Position numbers and translations under genes: made by a program. Positions 19,159 to 33,235 of a stretch of 64,000 nt of DNA are shown in pieces. The notes below the pieces were generated by a model. That model ran no database searches and was not told the DNA's origin. It was given only the letters and a program-made list of their open reading frames with translations. The stretch is from assembly GCA_918234285.1 (NCBI GenBank), contig CAKJXZ020000024.1:20354-84353 (forward strand). The letters run 5' to 3'. The DNA comes from Pseudomonadota bacterium (lineage in GTDB: Bacteria; Pseudomonadota; Alphaproteobacteria; RF32; CAG-239). The number at the start of each line of letters is the position of its first letter. The first letter of the stretch is position 1.

Positions 19159-20148
19159 CTAAACTTTTACTTTTTTCATGAATTTACCGATTTCCAGATT
19201 AACGCGAATACCATCCTTCGGGGTAACTTTAACCAGCCCGAAGAAACGCGGCTTGATTTTGGCAAAGTCAATCGGAGCAAAAATAGCCGGATTGGTCGTA
19301 AGCGCCGCAAATGCGCCGTCAATATCTTTTTGCGCCACCCTGAAATAGTTACTGATCAAGCGTTCGGCATCAATCGGGAAGTTTTTCTTTTTAACCGCTT
19401 CAACAAAGCGTCTTTGGCGTTCTTTGCGTTCCAAATATTCTTCATACAGCAAGCGTTTGATGTGTTTTTCCTGATATTTCAGAAGTTTTGCCTGATATGT
19501 CAGTTCGCAGCTTTCCATATCAATCAGGATTTCTACATAAGAAATAACCGCCAGTTGCAGGTTTTGGTCACGTAATGTTTCGGCAAAATTCAAAAATTCC
19601 TCGTCTGTTGATGAAACCCTGAATTTGCCGATGGTATCCGGAAAAATTTCTTGCAAAAGGTTCCAGCCGGCAATTAAGTCTCCGGCTAATAAATGACCTA
19701 CGCTCGGCTTGTAGTTAGGATACAGATAGTCAATATCAAATTCCCAATTCAGAGGGGATATTTGCTTGTTTTTGCATATTTTATCTATAGAGCTTTTATA
19801 ATTGATGAAAGCCTGAGCAAGTTCCGATTCTTCACCTCTTAGTTCCGGACTTTGATCTTCTTCTTCAATCATGGTGCGTGCTACATCAAACGTTTCGGCA
19901 ACTTCTTTTTCAAATTCCGCAGATGCTTCTTCATTTTCGCTCTGTCCCTGCGGACTCAGTCGCAACTCATCTTCATCATCGCCTTCTTCCAGCGGAAAAT
20001 CTTCCGTCCCGTCGTCATTTTTTTTGTTTTTAGCTTCTTTTTTATCGTCATCATCGTCATCATCAAAGTCATCTACTTTGGAATTGATGAAGCTGTTCAA
20101 GAGTTTTTCAAAATCATCGCCGTCGCTAAAAGTATCTTCATCGCTCAT
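19159..20148 (-). CDS. Hypothetical protein with acidic N-terminus
   Basis: Long ORF; SD AGGGAG before MSDED; divergent from rluD. Confidence 0.75.
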   Translation of the reverse strand: MSDEDTFSDGDDFEKLLNSFINSKVDDFDDDDDDDKKEAKNKKNDDGTEDFPLEEGDDEDELRLSPQGQSENEEASAEFEKEVAETFDVARTMIEEEDQSPELRGEESELAQAFINYKSSIDKICKNKQISPLNWEFDIDYLYPNYKPSVGHLLAGDLIAGWNLLQEIFPDTIGKFRVSSTDEEFLNFAETLRDQNLQLAVISYVEILIDMESCELTYQAKLLKYQEKHIKRLLYEEYLERKERQRRFVEAVKKKNFPIDAERLISNYFRVAQKDIDGAFAALTTNPAIFAPIDFAKIKPRFFGLVKVTPKDGIRVNLEIGKFMKKVKV

Positions 20149-20247
20149 AAAATCAGCACTCCCTTTAAACTTTTCTTGCAATTGAGTATATCAACCCTTA
20201 TTATAAAAGAAAAGTAAAATCGTAAAATATAATAAAAAAAGCTTAAA

Positions 20248-21222
20248 ATGGATACGGAAAACCTGATAATAACGCCGGAAGCCGGCGCGGCCGAAGCCAA
20301 AATGCGCTTAGATAAGTACCTGGCACAGAAAATGCCGGATATATCGCGCTCGCGAATCCAAAAATTAATCGCTACCGGCATGGTGACTTGTGAAGATGTT
20401 ATAATTACCGATAATTCTTTTGCGGTGCGGGCGGGCGATTCGTTTCAGGTTACTCTGCCGCCGCCGCAAGAGGCAGAGCCGATTGCCGAGGACATTGCAT
20501 TAGATGTGGTCTTTGAAGATGATGACTTAATCGTGATAAACAAGCCGGCAGGTATGACGGTGCATCCGGCAGCCGGCGCGTATAGCGGGACATTGGTTAA
20601 TGCGCTTTTATATCATTGTCGCGATAACTTATCGGGAATCGGCGGCGTCAAGCGTCCAGGTATTGTGCACCGCATAGATAAAGAAACCAGCGGTTTGTTG
20701 GTTGCCGCCAAAAATGATTACGCTCATAATTTTTTGAGCGAGCAATTTGCCGAACATTCTATTGAACGAACGTATATGGCGGTGGTTTACGGAGTTCTTA
20801 ATCCGCTAAACGGCAGAATTGAAGGTAACATCGGCCGCAGCAAATTTGATCGTAAGAAAATGTCATTGGTGGAAAGCGGCGGGAAATTTGCCGCTACCAA
20901 TTACAAAACTCTGCAAGCATTCGGCAAGGCGGCATCTTTGGTGCAGTGCAATCTTGAAACCGGCCGCACTCACCAAATCCGTGTACATTTAAGCAGTAAG
21001 GGCAATGCGCTTATCGGCGATAAAGTTTATGTTAAAAACAAAAAATCCGAATTGGCGCTGCCGACCGATTTGAAAAACTATGTCAATACTTTTCCGCGAC
21101 AAGCGTTGCATGCTAAGAGTTTGGGGTTTGTGCACCCGCGCAGCAAACAATTTATGCAGTTCGATTCGGAATTGCCGGCGGATATGGCTGAATTATTGGC
21201 AAAGTTGGCGGCGGTTTCCTAA
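20248..21222 (+). CDS. rluD: 23S rRNA pseudouridine synthase RluD
   Basis: S4 domain RLDKYL, NKPAGMTVHP, HRIDKETSG, LETGRTHQIRVH; next to rpoH as in other alphaproteobacteria. Confidence 0.93.
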   Translation: MDTENLIITPEAGAAEAKMRLDKYLAQKMPDISRSRIQKLIATGMVTCEDVIITDNSFAVRAGDSFQVTLPPPQEAEPIAEDIALDVVFEDDDLIVINKPAGMTVHPAAGAYSGTLVNALLYHCRDNLSGIGGVKRPGIVHRIDKETSGLLVAAKNDYAHNFLSEQFAEHSIERTYMAVVYGVLNPLNGRIEGNIGRSKFDRKKMSLVESGGKFAATNYKTLQAFGKAASLVQCNLETGRTHQIRVHLSSKGNALIGDKVYVKNKKSELALPTDLKNYVNTFPRQALHAKSLGFVHPRSKQFMQFDSELPADMAELLAKLAAVS

Positions 21223-21322
21223 ATTAATATAATCCCTTATATGTTTTTAAATCTAAAGTTCAGGTTGTGAAACTTTCGGTTCGTTCTTATCATTTGGAAC
21301 GGTCAACAGAAAGGAGGACAAC

Positions 21323-22195
21323 ATGGAAACTGCTCTTACCGGACTGGACTTTTCACCCGACAACAATTTGTCGCGCTATTTGCAAAACATTCGCAAATAT
21401 CCGTTACTCACTCAAGAAGAAGAATATGAGCTGGCGGTAAAATACAAACAAACGCAGGATAAAGATATTGCCTATAAATTGATAACCTCGCATTTGCGGT
21501 TGGTAATCAAAGTTGTTTCCAAATACAAAGGCTACGGTTTACCGATAAACGAGATGATTTCGGAAGGTAACATAGGTTTATTGTATGCTATCAACAAATT
21601 TGAGCCGGATAAAGGGTTTCGTTTTTCTACTTATGCTTTGTGGTGGATTAAGGCCGCGGTGCAAAAATACATCCTCAATTCGTGGTCGCTGGTTAAACTC
21701 GGCACGACTGCCGCGCAAAAAAAGCTGTTTTTTAATCTGCGTAAGATAAAAAACAGCCTTAATTTAACCGACGACCGCGAACTTTCCGACCGAATAATAC
21801 AGGATATAGCCGATTCGCTTGATGTCAGTACTCAAGATGTTACCGATATGAACACGCGGCTGAAGGCGCATGACGGTTCGCTGAATATTGTGATTGATAA
21901 TCAGAGCTCGGACGGCGGGGCCGAATGGATAGATTTTATCTATGACACCAAACCTAATCAGGAAGAACAATTGGCCTATCGCGAAACTATGAATTATCGC
22001 CGCAAACTGTTTAATCGGGCCATCACGGTTTTAAACCCGCGTGAAAAAGATATTTTATATAAACGCCGCCTGAGCGAAGAAAATATTACATTGGATGATT
22101 TGAGCCGCACCTATCATATTTCAAAAGAACGGGTGCGGCAGATTGAACTTAACTCGATTCGCAAAATTGCCAAAGCCGTTGAGGTAATGCAATAG
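21323..22195 (+). CDS. rpoH: RNA polymerase sigma-32 factor
   Basis: RpoH box AQKKLFFNLRK, WSLVKLGTT, ISKERVRQIE. Confidence 0.93.
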   Translation: METALTGLDFSPDNNLSRYLQNIRKYPLLTQEEEYELAVKYKQTQDKDIAYKLITSHLRLVIKVVSKYKGYGLPINEMISEGNIGLLYAINKFEPDKGFRFSTYALWWIKAAVQKYILNSWSLVKLGTTAAQKKLFFNLRKIKNSLNLTDDRELSDRIIQDIADSLDVSTQDVTDMNTRLKAHDGSLNIVIDNQSSDGGAEWIDFIYDTKPNQEEQLAYRETMNYRRKLFNRAITVLNPREKDILYKRRLSEENITLDDLSRTYHISKERVRQIELNSIRKIAKAVEVMQ

Positions 22196-22255
22196 CCGGC
22201 ACTTGAAAACACAGACTTACGGCATATTTTAGCAGATGACAATCCGGAGGATATT

Positions 22256-23389
22256 ATGAAAGAAAATCATAAAAGAATAATCGGACGTGTTGCGGCGGTT
22301 ATATTACTGGTGCTCGGGCTTAACCTCGGATATTGGTTGTATCATCATAGCCATTCTCCCATAGCCATCAAGGCAGAAGATTTGCCGCAAGTGGTAGCAA
22401 TTAAACCGCAATCGCACGAAATCACCGTAACCGACAACTATATCGGGCAGGTAGATGCCATAAATCAGGCGCAGATTGTGCCTTATATCAGCGGATACAT
22501 TGTCAATATTACCGCCGAGGGCGGTAAGTTTGTGAAAAAAGGCGAAATTCTGGCCACCATTAAACAGGAGCAATATATTGCCGCATTAACCCGGGCCGAA
22601 GCGGATGTATCGGCAGCCAATGCCGATTTGTTTAACGCCAAAACCAAATACGAGCGTATGCAAAAAGCCGGGGACAAGGCTGTTTCACCGGCAGAAATGG
22701 ATAGTGCCGAAGCCGATTATCTGACGGCGATTGCTGCCTTAAAAAAAGCTCAAGCGGGGAGGGAAACGGCGCAAACCGAGTATGATTATACCTATTTGAT
22801 TGCGCCTTTTGACGGGGTTTTAGGCAACATTAACCTGTCAATCGGGCAATATGTGTCGCCGCAAAGTCGCAATTTGATGGAAATCGTGCAATATAATCCG
22901 ATTCGTGTGGTATTTTCCGTATCTGACAAGGAATATTTAAATCATTTCAGAAATTTCGAGCCGCAAAATTTGGTGATAAGACTTAAATTGGCCAACGGTG
23001 AAATATTTGAACAAACCGGCAATATAGAATATGCCGCCAACATCGTAAACGAGCAAACCGGTTCGGTAGCGGTATATGCCGAGTTTGCCAATCCCGACCG
23101 CAAGCTGATACCCAATGCGTTTGTAGAAGTTTTGTTGGAGCGGACATATGACAACGTGTTGCTTTGGCCTAAAAATTATGTGGATATGCGGCCGGACGGA
23201 AATTATATAAATATCGTGCAAAACGGAATACTGCAAACGCAAAAAATCCACATATACGGCACATATGATAACCAATATGTTATCGGCGATGAATTTTCCG
23301 CCGACACTTATTTGGTTAAAGAAAGTGTTGAACCGCGCTTACTCAATCAAAAAGTTACGATTAAAACCCCTCAGGCGGAGCAAAATTGA
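22256..23389 (+). CDS. RND efflux membrane fusion protein
   Basis: N-terminal TM, lipoyl/barrel-sandwich motifs, IAPFDGVLG; upstream of an RND permease. Confidence 0.9.
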   Translation: MKENHKRIIGRVAAVILLVLGLNLGYWLYHHSHSPIAIKAEDLPQVVAIKPQSHEITVTDNYIGQVDAINQAQIVPYISGYIVNITAEGGKFVKKGEILATIKQEQYIAALTRAEADVSAANADLFNAKTKYERMQKAGDKAVSPAEMDSAEADYLTAIAALKKAQAGRETAQTEYDYTYLIAPFDGVLGNINLSIGQYVSPQSRNLMEIVQYNPIRVVFSVSDKEYLNHFRNFEPQNLVIRLKLANGEIFEQTGNIEYAANIVNEQTGSVAVYAEFANPDRKLIPNAFVEVLLERTYDNVLLWPKNYVDMRPDGNYINIVQNGILQTQKIHIYGTYDNQYVIGDEFSADTYLVKESVEPRLLNQKVTIKTPQAEQN

Positions 23390-26300
23390 TGTTTTCGGCA
23401 TTTTTTATCAATCGGCCTCGCTTTGCCATTGTAGTTTCAATAGTGATGATCATACTCGGTCTGTTGGCGGTGGCGGTGCTACCGGTGGCACAATATCCGG
23501 AAATAACCCCGCCGCAGATTGTTGTTTCCACCACCTATATCGGTGCCGATGCCAAAGTTTTGGCCGATACGGTGGCGGTACCGGTAGAAAACGAGGTCAA
23601 TGGTGTAGACAACATGCTTTATATGTCATCTTCTTCCGATGATAACGGTTCGTATAAATTGACGGTAACGTTTGAGGTGGGAACCGATGCCGATATCGCA
23701 CAGGTTAAGGTGCAAAACCGCCTGCAACAGGCAATGTCGGAATTACCGTCGGAAGTTACGCAGTACGGTATAAATGTCAAAACGCAAAATTCCAATATAT
23801 TGGCAATGCTGGTGTTGCGTTCGCCAAACCATACTTACGACGATTTGTTTTTGAGCAACTATGCTTATGCTAACTTAAAAAATGAACTCTCCCGCGTTAA
23901 AGGGGTTGGCGATGTGCAAATATTCGGACCGCAATACAGTATGCGGATATGGCTAAACAGCGACAAACTGTATTCTATGGGGTTGACGGCGGCCGATGTA
24001 ATGAATGCGGTTAAAAACCAAAACGTGCAGGCTTCAGTCGGCAGCATCGGTGCGGCACCGAGCAGCCCGGATAACAAAATAGTGCTTTCGTTGACGGCTA
24101 AAGGATTGTTGCAAACGGTGGAAGATTTTGAAAATATCGTAATCACTTCTGCTGCTGACGGCGGTATTGTTTATCTTAAAGACGTTGCTCACATCGAACT
24201 CGGAGCCGATATTTATAACTTAAAATCGGCATACAACGATTCGCCGGCATTGATAATGGCCATCAATCAAACGCCGAATACCAATTCGCTGCAAATTATG
24301 AAAAATATTCGCAAAAAAATAGAAGAAATGACAACAAAACTGCCGGAAGATATAGAGTTTCGCGTCTTATACGATTCAACCGATTATGTGCGAGCCTCAA
24401 TTAAAGGTATTTTGGATACGCTCCTAATAACATTTATTTTAGTGATTTTGGTTACCTACGTATTTTTGCAAAAAATAACCACCACCTTGATACCTTTGTT
24501 GACTATTCCGGTTTCGTTGATTGCCACCTTTGCCGTGATTTATGTGTTGGGATATAATATTAATATCCTGACTTTGTTTGCGATGATTTTGGCCATCGGT
24601 TTGGTGGTTGACGACGCTATTATCGTGGTGGAGCGGGTGCAATATTTAATCAGTCGGAACAATCTGAACGCACACGAGGCAGCAATAACGGCGATGCGGG
24701 AAATCGGCAGTGCGGTTATTGCCACGACTTTCGTACTGTTGGCGATTTTTATTCCGGTGGGGCTGATGGCCGGCATAACCGGCAAAATTTATCAACAATT
24801 TGCCGTTACCATCGCTACGGCGGTCAGCTTCTCTTCAATAAATGCATTGACCTTAAGCCCGGCCTTGTGTGCTATTTTTCTCAAAGATGAAAAAACGCAA
24901 AAAATCGGTATATTCTTTCAAAAATTTGATGAATTGCTGGCCTGGAGCCAAAAACATTACCTTAGCTTTGTCGGCTATTTTGCCGAGCGATTAAAGCTGA
25001 CCGCGCTGGTTGTTTTGACGGTGATAGCCGGCATAGGATTAATGTTTTGGCGGACTCCTACATCGTTTTTGCCTGAGGATGACCAGGGAATTTTATTTGC
25101 CAACGTGCAGCTTTCCGATATCTCCGGTATAAACCGCACCAACGAAGTTATCAGCAAAATGAATGAGCGGGTTTTACAGACACCCGGAGTTAAATATTTC
25201 ATGACGGTTGCCGGATACAGTATGCTCGGCGGTGGCGGTGAAAATGTAGCCTTCGGAGTTATCGGGCTGGAACCATGGGACAAACGCACCGCGAAAAATC
25301 TGTCGGTTGAAGCGATTCGACAGACGTTAAGTCGCAAATTTGCTGAATTTAACGAGGCGGAAATTAACTTTTTTGCGCCGCCGGCTATTGTCGGGGTGGG
25401 GCAAAGCAACGGCATTTCGTTTGAATATTTGGCAACCGATAATCAAATATCGGCTTCGGAATTAGCTGCTTCACTCAATAAATATTTGCTTAAAGTAAAT
25501 CAATCTCCGGATTTCAGCTATGCATTTTCTACTTTTACCGCCGATACACCGCATATATACCTCGATATAAATCGCCGCAAAGCCGAGTATTATAAAGTAA
25601 ATGTTGCGGATTTGTTTGCGGTATTGCAAAATAATCTGGGCTCACGCTACATTAACAACATTACTCTGAGCGGACAGGTTAATAAAGTTATTTTGCAGGC
25701 GGATTATGCCTACCGCGGCAATATGGAAGATATCGGACGTCTGCAGGTACGTTCGCAAGACGGCAAACTTATTCGTATCGACAGTTTTGCCAAGGTGCAG
25801 ACGGAACTTTCACCGAAGACAATTTATCGTTTTAATCAATATACTTCAGCCGGTGTTACGGCTATGTCACGCGAAGGTATCAGTAGCGGCACTGCGTTGA
25901 AAACTTTAGAAACTTTGCAACAAAAATCGGGTAAAGAGTTCGATATTTCGTGGACCGGACTAAGTCTGCAAGAAGTGGAAAACCGCGGAGTTGCCGGCTT
26001 TCTCATTGCTTTGGCGGCAGTGTTTTGCTACTTGTTCTTAGTGGCCTTGTACGAAAGTTGGTTTCTGGCCTTATCGGTGATTTTTTCCACCGTGTTTGCA
26101 ATATTGGGAGCATTGGTCGGCCTGCATTTTATGGGAGAATCGCTGAGTATTTATGCTCAGCTCGGCTTGGTAATGCTTATCGGATTGGCTGCCAAGAATG
26201 CAATCCTTATTGTAGAGTTTACCAAAATGTATAGAGAACAGGGTTTTAGTATTGTTGAGGCAGCCGAAAAAGGTGCGGAGGAGCGGTATCGTGCGGTTCT

Positions 26301-26514
26301 GATGACGGCATTTACCTTTATTTTGGGAGTATTCCCGATGATTATAGCCAAAGGTGCCGGTGCCGGTTCGCAAATAGCCATCGGCTCGGCGGTGTTTTTC
26401 GGTATGATTTTTGCCACCGTCATCGGCATAGTATTTATTCCATCGTTGTTTGCAATTTTTGAACACTTAAAAGAACATTTTCAGTCTTCGACCAAGGAGA
26501 AAGCAAATGGGTAA
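23389..26514 (+). CDS. RND efflux permease, AcrB/HAE1 family
   Basis: [52 protein letters not shown]; TGATG coupling. Confidence 0.95.
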   Translation: MFSAFFINRPRFAIVVSIVMIILGLLAVAVLPVAQYPEITPPQIVVSTTYIGADAKVLADTVAVPVENEVNGVDNMLYMSSSSDDNGSYKLTVTFEVGTDADIAQVKVQNRLQQAMSELPSEVTQYGINVKTQNSNILAMLVLRSPNHTYDDLFLSNYAYANLKNELSRVKGVGDVQIFGPQYSMRIWLNSDKLYSMGLTAADVMNAVKNQNVQASVGSIGAAPSSPDNKIVLSLTAKGLLQTVEDFENIVITSAADGGIVYLKDVAHIELGADIYNLKSAYNDSPALIMAINQTPNTNSLQIMKNIRKKIEEMTTKLPEDIEFRVLYDSTDYVRASIKGILDTLLITFILVILVTYVFLQKITTTLIPLLTIPVSLIATFAVIYVLGYNINILTLFAMILAIGLVVDDAIIVVERVQYLISRNNLNAHEAAITAMREIGSAVIATTFVLLAIFIPVGLMAGITGKIYQQFAVTIATAVSFSSINALTLSPALCAIFLKDEKTQKIGIFFQKFDELLAWSQKHYLSFVGYFAERLKLTALVVLTVIAGIGLMFWRTPTSFLPEDDQGILFANVQLSDISGINRTNEVISKMNERVLQTPGVKYFMTVAGYSMLGGGGENVAFGVIGLEPWDKRTAKNLSVEAIRQTLSRKFAEFNEAEINFFAPPAIVGVGQSNGISFEYLATDNQISASELAASLNKYLLKVNQSPDFSYAFSTFTADTPHIYLDINRRKAEYYKVNVADLFAVLQNNLGSRYINNITLSGQVNKVILQADYAYRGNMEDIGRLQVRSQDGKLIRIDSFAKVQTELSPKTIYRFNQYTSAGVTAMSREGISSGTALKTLETLQQKSGKEFDISWTGLSLQEVENRGVAGFLIALAAVFCYLFLVALYESWFLALSVIFSTVFAILGALVGLHFMGESLSIYAQLGLVMLIGLAAKNAILIVEFTKMYREQGFSIVEAAEKGAEERYRAVLMTAFTFILGVFPMIIAKGAGAGSQIAIGSAVFFGMIFATVIGIVFIPSLFAIFEHLKEHFQSSTKEKANG

Positions 26515-27883
26515 GATTTTATGGTGCAGTGCACCGATTTTACTTTGTGTTGCCTGTAATGTCGGACCCGATTACGTGCGGCCGGAATTTTATGACGACG
26601 CGACAATATCAAGAGAATTGCATCTTAAAGAAAATCGGCCGCTGCCGGAAAAATGGTACCGTCGGCTCGACGATTCGCAACTTAACAATCTGGTGGAAAA
26701 AGGTTTGCAAAATAATACCGATATTCATTCTGCGCTCGAGCGATTGCATCAGGCTCGCGCCACTTCACGCATAAATTCGGCTGATTATTTGCCGCAGGCC
26801 GGTCTTAAGGGTGGTTACAATTATGAAAAATACGGCAAAAATAACAACGCTGTCGATTCGCATTATTATTCGGCCGGATTTGATGCTTCATGGGAGCTTG
26901 ATTTATGGGGTAAAGGTCGCCGTCAGAGCGAAGCAGATACGGCAGCGATGCGTGCGGCCGAATATACTTTGCAAGATGTCCGTAATGTGGTTGCGGCTGA
27001 AATTGTCGCCGATTATATCGGTTTGTTGCAAAATACGGAAAATCTGCGCTTTGCCGAACAAAATGCCCGATTGCAGCAAGATATTTTTGCCACGGTCAGA
27101 GCCAAATATGAAAGCGGACTAAGTGACGAAACCAGCTATCGCGAAGCACAATATTTGTTAGAAAACACGCGAGCGCAAATTCCGCAATATCAGGCGGAAA
27201 TTGAAAAATACAGGAATGCTCTGGCTGCAGTTATCGGCATATTACCGTCGGGATTAGATTCGATGAAGTTCTCAAAAAAAATGTTGTCGCTTTCGGCAAC
27301 AGAGGCGAAATTATTTAATTTTCCGCTGTATGTGGTGCGATTACGGCCGGATGTGGCAACAGCCGAGCAAAAACTGGCGACGCAAAATGCGTTGGTAGGT
27401 GTCGCGGTGGCGGAGCTTTATCCCGATGTTAACATCAGTGCTTTGTGGGGTTATGCGGCACAAAGCGGCAATAAACTGATTCGCTCAAGCAGTCAGACCT
27501 ATAATTACGCTCCTTTGTTGACCATGCCGTTTTTGGATTGGAATAAGTTGCAAAATAACATAAAATTGCAAGAATCGGTACGGCAAGAAGCTTTGGAAAA
27601 TTATAAGCGAGCGGTATTAAACGCCGTGGCTGAGATTCGTAATGCGCAAACCGCATATACCACAAGCAAAAGCAGTGCACGCAACAAATATATGGCATGG
27701 CGCAATATGCAGACCGCGGCAGAACTGACGCAGAAAAAATATGAGAGCGGGTTGGGGGAGTTTGCCGATGTAATGCGAACGCAACAAAATCTGATAACAG
27801 CACAACAAGACTATGTTTCCGCTATGGCGCAAACCATACAAAACCTCGTTGCTTTTTATAAAGCAATCGGAGCGCCGGTATAA
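26507..27883 (+). CDS. Outer-membrane efflux lipoprotein, OprM/TolC family
   Basis: Lipobox [32 protein letters not shown]. Confidence 0.92.
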   Translation: MGKILWCSAPILLCVACNVGPDYVRPEFYDDATISRELHLKENRPLPEKWYRRLDDSQLNNLVEKGLQNNTDIHSALERLHQARATSRINSADYLPQAGLKGGYNYEKYGKNNNAVDSHYYSAGFDASWELDLWGKGRRQSEADTAAMRAAEYTLQDVRNVVAAEIVADYIGLLQNTENLRFAEQNARLQQDIFATVRAKYESGLSDETSYREAQYLLENTRAQIPQYQAEIEKYRNALAAVIGILPSGLDSMKFSKKMLSLSATEAKLFNFPLYVVRLRPDVATAEQKLATQNALVGVAVAELYPDVNISALWGYAAQSGNKLIRSSSQTYNYAPLLTMPFLDWNKLQNNIKLQESVRQEALENYKRAVLNAVAEIRNAQTAYTTSKSSARNKYMAWRNMQTAAELTQKKYESGLGEFADVMRTQQNLITAQQDYVSAMAQTIQNLVAFYKAIGAPV

Positions 27884-27900
27884 TTTTAATCCATGATAAA

Positions 27901-28362
27901 TCAGTAATAGTTCAAATCTTCAAACGGTATACGGTCGGACGGTTTTTGCGGCTTATAAACATATACGTTGGTTACGGTCGGAATATTGTATTTGCGATGC
28001 CAGTATCCCTTCTTTTCCATACACAGACGATAATCTTTCGGATTGGATTCGGCCGAGTCGCGAATAGAATTAACGAGAAGCGGCGAAGCACCGCGATACG
28101 GCACATAACTCGCCCAGATACCTTTTTCTTTATGCCAATCGACATGAATATTGTAACGATATTCTTCGGAATAGAACCAGTTGGCAAAATTAGGCCAATG
28201 GAACCAGCTTTCAGCCTGTTTTAAGCACTCCGAATGGTCGCGCGAGAATTTTGCCACACCGGTATTTTCCCGCTCCCAGTGATAAATTACCTGTCCCTTG
28301 CCTCCGTAAGTAGAAGAGCAGGCACCTAAAAACAGACTGAATAAAAACAACAAATATCTCAT
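27901..28362 (-). CDS. Hypothetical lipoprotein
   Basis: Lipobox LGAC; D..EC and CMEKKGY pattern. Confidence 0.75.
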   Translation of the reverse strand: MRYLLFLFSLFLGACSSTYGGKGQVIYHWERENTGVAKFSRDHSECLKQAESWFHWPNFANWFYSEEYRYNIHVDWHKEKGIWASYVPYRGASPLLVNSIRDSAESNPKDYRLCMEKKGYWHRKYNIPTVTNVYVYKPQKPSDRIPFEDLNYY

Positions 28363-28363
28363 G

Positions 28364-29029
28364 TTAAAAATCCAAATTGGTATAATGGGTTGACGGATAT
28401 ATATTCTTGATACGGTCGTTTAAAATTTCTTTAAAACTCGGCCGCGACTTAATTTGCGAATACCACTGTTTGGCATTTTTAAAATCTTCCCACGGTACAT
28501 CGCCTAGATAATCTATGATGGATAACTGCGCTGCCGCACTTATATCGGCCATGGAAAATCCGCCGTTAACCAGATAATTATTACGCTCAACCATCCAATC
28601 GATATATTCCAGATGGAATCGCAGATTGTTTATTCCTGTCTGAATACGTTTGGATTCCGGCGGTTGATGCAAGGCAAATCGTTTATATATTTTTTCACCG
28701 ACAATATACTGATAAACTTCCCGATGGAACTTGTTATCAAACCAGTCGACCAACCGGCGGGTTTCGGCACGTTCTTTATTGTTACCGTTAATCAGACGAT
28801 TTTGAGTGTACGTTTCCTCCAAAAATTCGGTGATGGCATAGTTGCCGGAAATAATGTTGCCGTCAAAAATAAACACCGGTAATTCTCCGGCCGGATTAAT
28901 CTTTTTGATATCCGTAGACAAGGCCCATGGTGTTTCTTCTTTCAAAACATACAGCATTCTCTTTTCGGCCATTAATATCCGAATTTTGCGGCATTGTGGT
29001 AAAATATTGCTATGTACCAAAAGAACCAT
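28364..29029 (-). CDS. fzlA: FtsZ-binding GST-family protein FzlA
   Basis: GST fold NPAGELPV, ADISAAAQLS..DYLGDVPW, KSRPSF, C-terminal HYTNLDF. Confidence 0.8.
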   Translation of the reverse strand: MVLLVHSNILPQCRKIRILMAEKRMLYVLKEETPWALSTDIKKINPAGELPVFIFDGNIISGNYAITEFLEETYTQNRLINGNNKERAETRRLVDWFDNKFHREVYQYIVGEKIYKRFALHQPPESKRIQTGINNLRFHLEYIDWMVERNNYLVNGGFSMADISAAAQLSIIDYLGDVPWEDFKNAKQWYSQIKSRPSFKEILNDRIKNIYPSTHYTNLDF

Positions 29030-29037
29030 AAAACCTC

Positions 29038-30036
29038 CTAGTAAATTCCCTCTATAACCTCATCTATCGATTTTTCTTCGACTTTTTGTTCAATTACGTG
29101 TCCGCTCCTGCCGGCTAAATCATCCTCAACTTCCAAAAAGTTTTCTTGTGTATCTTCGGTATCGTATTGAACAAATGACGGCGGCACCGTACCTTCATAG
29201 CGGCGTTCTTCTTCGCTGACGATGCGTATAATTTCTTCCTTAACCGCGGTGGCGTACTCCGGTTTTGCAAACTCATCCTGAAAAACCTCCATATATTGCG
29301 AAAGCCGAGGGGTTACTTTGGATATAGCAATGAATACCGGGATTTTAAACAACGGTTTTTGTGAATAAGACAAAAAACTTCCAACGCCGTAGTGGCTTGC
29401 CATCATGCGGTTATAATACAATCCTCCCACCATATAATCGGCTTTTCCCAATATAATTCTTTCGTAACATTCATACGGTGTGTCTACAAATTCCACACCC
29501 AAATCTGCAACTTTGCGTACGATGAAATCGCTTAAGAGTTCGGTTTTAGACATGACACCGCGCATATTTTTTAAGTCTTCAAAGTTTGAGATTTTGGTCA
29601 TACTGTCCGCAGAAGTAATAACGTGAATAGGGTTGGAAACACTGGCCGGAAAAATCATCTGTAAGCCGCTGTAGAGCTGGGTATTTGAATATGCACCTAT
29701 AAATACTTTATGTTTGCCGCTTCTGACATCAAGCAACATCAATTTTAAATCCAACTCATCATCGTCAAGCTCGACCGGAACAATGTTTATGCCGTGCTTA
29801 CTCATAACGTCAATTGTCGGCTTCAAAAAGGCACTCTCCAACTCCATCAGACCATATTTACCGACTTTTTTCGAAGGCACATAACGCGAAAACGGAGGAT
29901 AATCAGCCCATCCCACGGTATTTAGAGGTGTGTCGAAATAATTTTCCACTTCAACCATATTGGTAGAATCTTCGTCTGCATAAGCAGCAGCGATGCCTAA
30001 CGCCCAAAAAAATATAAAAATCCGCAAAAATCTCAT
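29038..30036 (-). CDS. Periplasmic solute-binding protein, family 3-like
   Basis: Signal peptide, VGWADYPPF, FEDLKNMRG, LGKADY. Confidence 0.7.
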   Translation of the reverse strand: MRFLRIFIFFWALGIAAAYADEDSTNMVEVENYFDTPLNTVGWADYPPFSRYVPSKKVGKYGLMELESAFLKPTIDVMSKHGINIVPVELDDDELDLKLMLLDVRSGKHKVFIGAYSNTQLYSGLQMIFPASVSNPIHVITSADSMTKISNFEDLKNMRGVMSKTELLSDFIVRKVADLGVEFVDTPYECYERIILGKADYMVGGLYYNRMMASHYGVGSFLSYSQKPLFKIPVFIAISKVTPRLSQYMEVFQDEFAKPEYATAVKEEIIRIVSEEERRYEGTVPPSFVQYDTEDTQENFLEVEDDLAGRSGHVIEQKVEEKSIDEVIEGIY

Positions 30037-30104
30037 AGCTTTATATCCCGTTTTTTTATGCCGTTAATGCCATTATTTACCACATTAAGCATAAATAAAT
30101 TGTG

Positions 30105-30120
30105 TTAAAAAGATTTTAAC
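30105..30120 (+). promoter_or_regulatory. CtrA-box-like site
   Basis: TTAA-aaagatt-TTAAC in the divergent promoter region. Confidence 0.55.
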
Positions 30121-30179
30121 CGATTGCATAAAAGCAATAATTCTGTAACATATTACAAAAGAAAATTGAAAAGTACAAG

Positions 30180-30961
30180 ATGGTAAATATAAATAAAAAT
30201 TTATTTTTGCAACGAAACCGCAATATTATTGCTATAACTTCGGGTGTCGGCAGCATGGGTAAAACTTGGCTGACTCTTACGCTCGCGCACGCACTTAACA
30301 TCTTGCAACAATCGGTTTTGTTATTTGATGCGGATAACGGACTGTTAAATGTTGCGGCGCAGACAGATGTTTCGTCTCTGTACTCCCTCAACGATGTTTT
30401 GACTTCTGATATTACGCTCAATCAAGCTATAGCACCGATTAACCGAAGAAAATTTGATACCGTTTTCGGAGAAACCGGAAGTAATATTCTGGAAAGTACT
30501 CCCGTCGGGCGTTTGCAGATATTGCGCGATGATTTGTTGCTGGCGGCCCAGGATTATGATTATCTGTTGATAGATTTACCGTCTTCGGAAAAAATTTCGC
30601 TTAATATTTTGCCTTCCGACGGTAACTTGATTTTGGTGTGTACCAACGAACCGTCTAATTTGGTGTCGACCTATAAATTTTTACAAGATACCGCCGCTAC
30701 CGAACGCTATAAAAATATGCAGATTGTGGTTAATCATGCCCAATCGTATGAAGAAGGATTGCAAACCTATAATACTCTGCGTCATGCTTGCGAAGAATAT
30801 ATTACCAAAACTCCGGCGCTGTTGGGAGTGGTCCGACGTGATACCAGAGTGCGTGACGCCATCCGCAATCGTTTTTTACTTCTTAACCGCTATCCCAATT
30901 CCGAAGCCGCGGAAGACATGATGCAGATTGCGCGCAAAATTTTGCAAAAAGGAGAAGAATA

Positions 30962-30962
<1 letters not shown>
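30180..30962 (+). CDS. MinD/FlhG-family ATPase with degenerate Walker A
   Basis: IAITSGVGSMGKT, LLFDADNGLLNV, LLIDLPS, GVVRRDTRVRDAIR. Confidence 0.8.
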
Positions 30963-33234
<2,272 letters not shown>

Positions 33235-33235
33235 T

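Noticed and set aside
12680-20148. virD4 region as an ICE or integrated plasmid
   Set aside because: No relaxase, integrase, virB genes or attachment repeats seen; flanked by housekeeping genes.
22256-27883. RND tripartite pump as a novel system
   Set aside because: Ordinary MFP-RND-OMF operon with canonical motifs.
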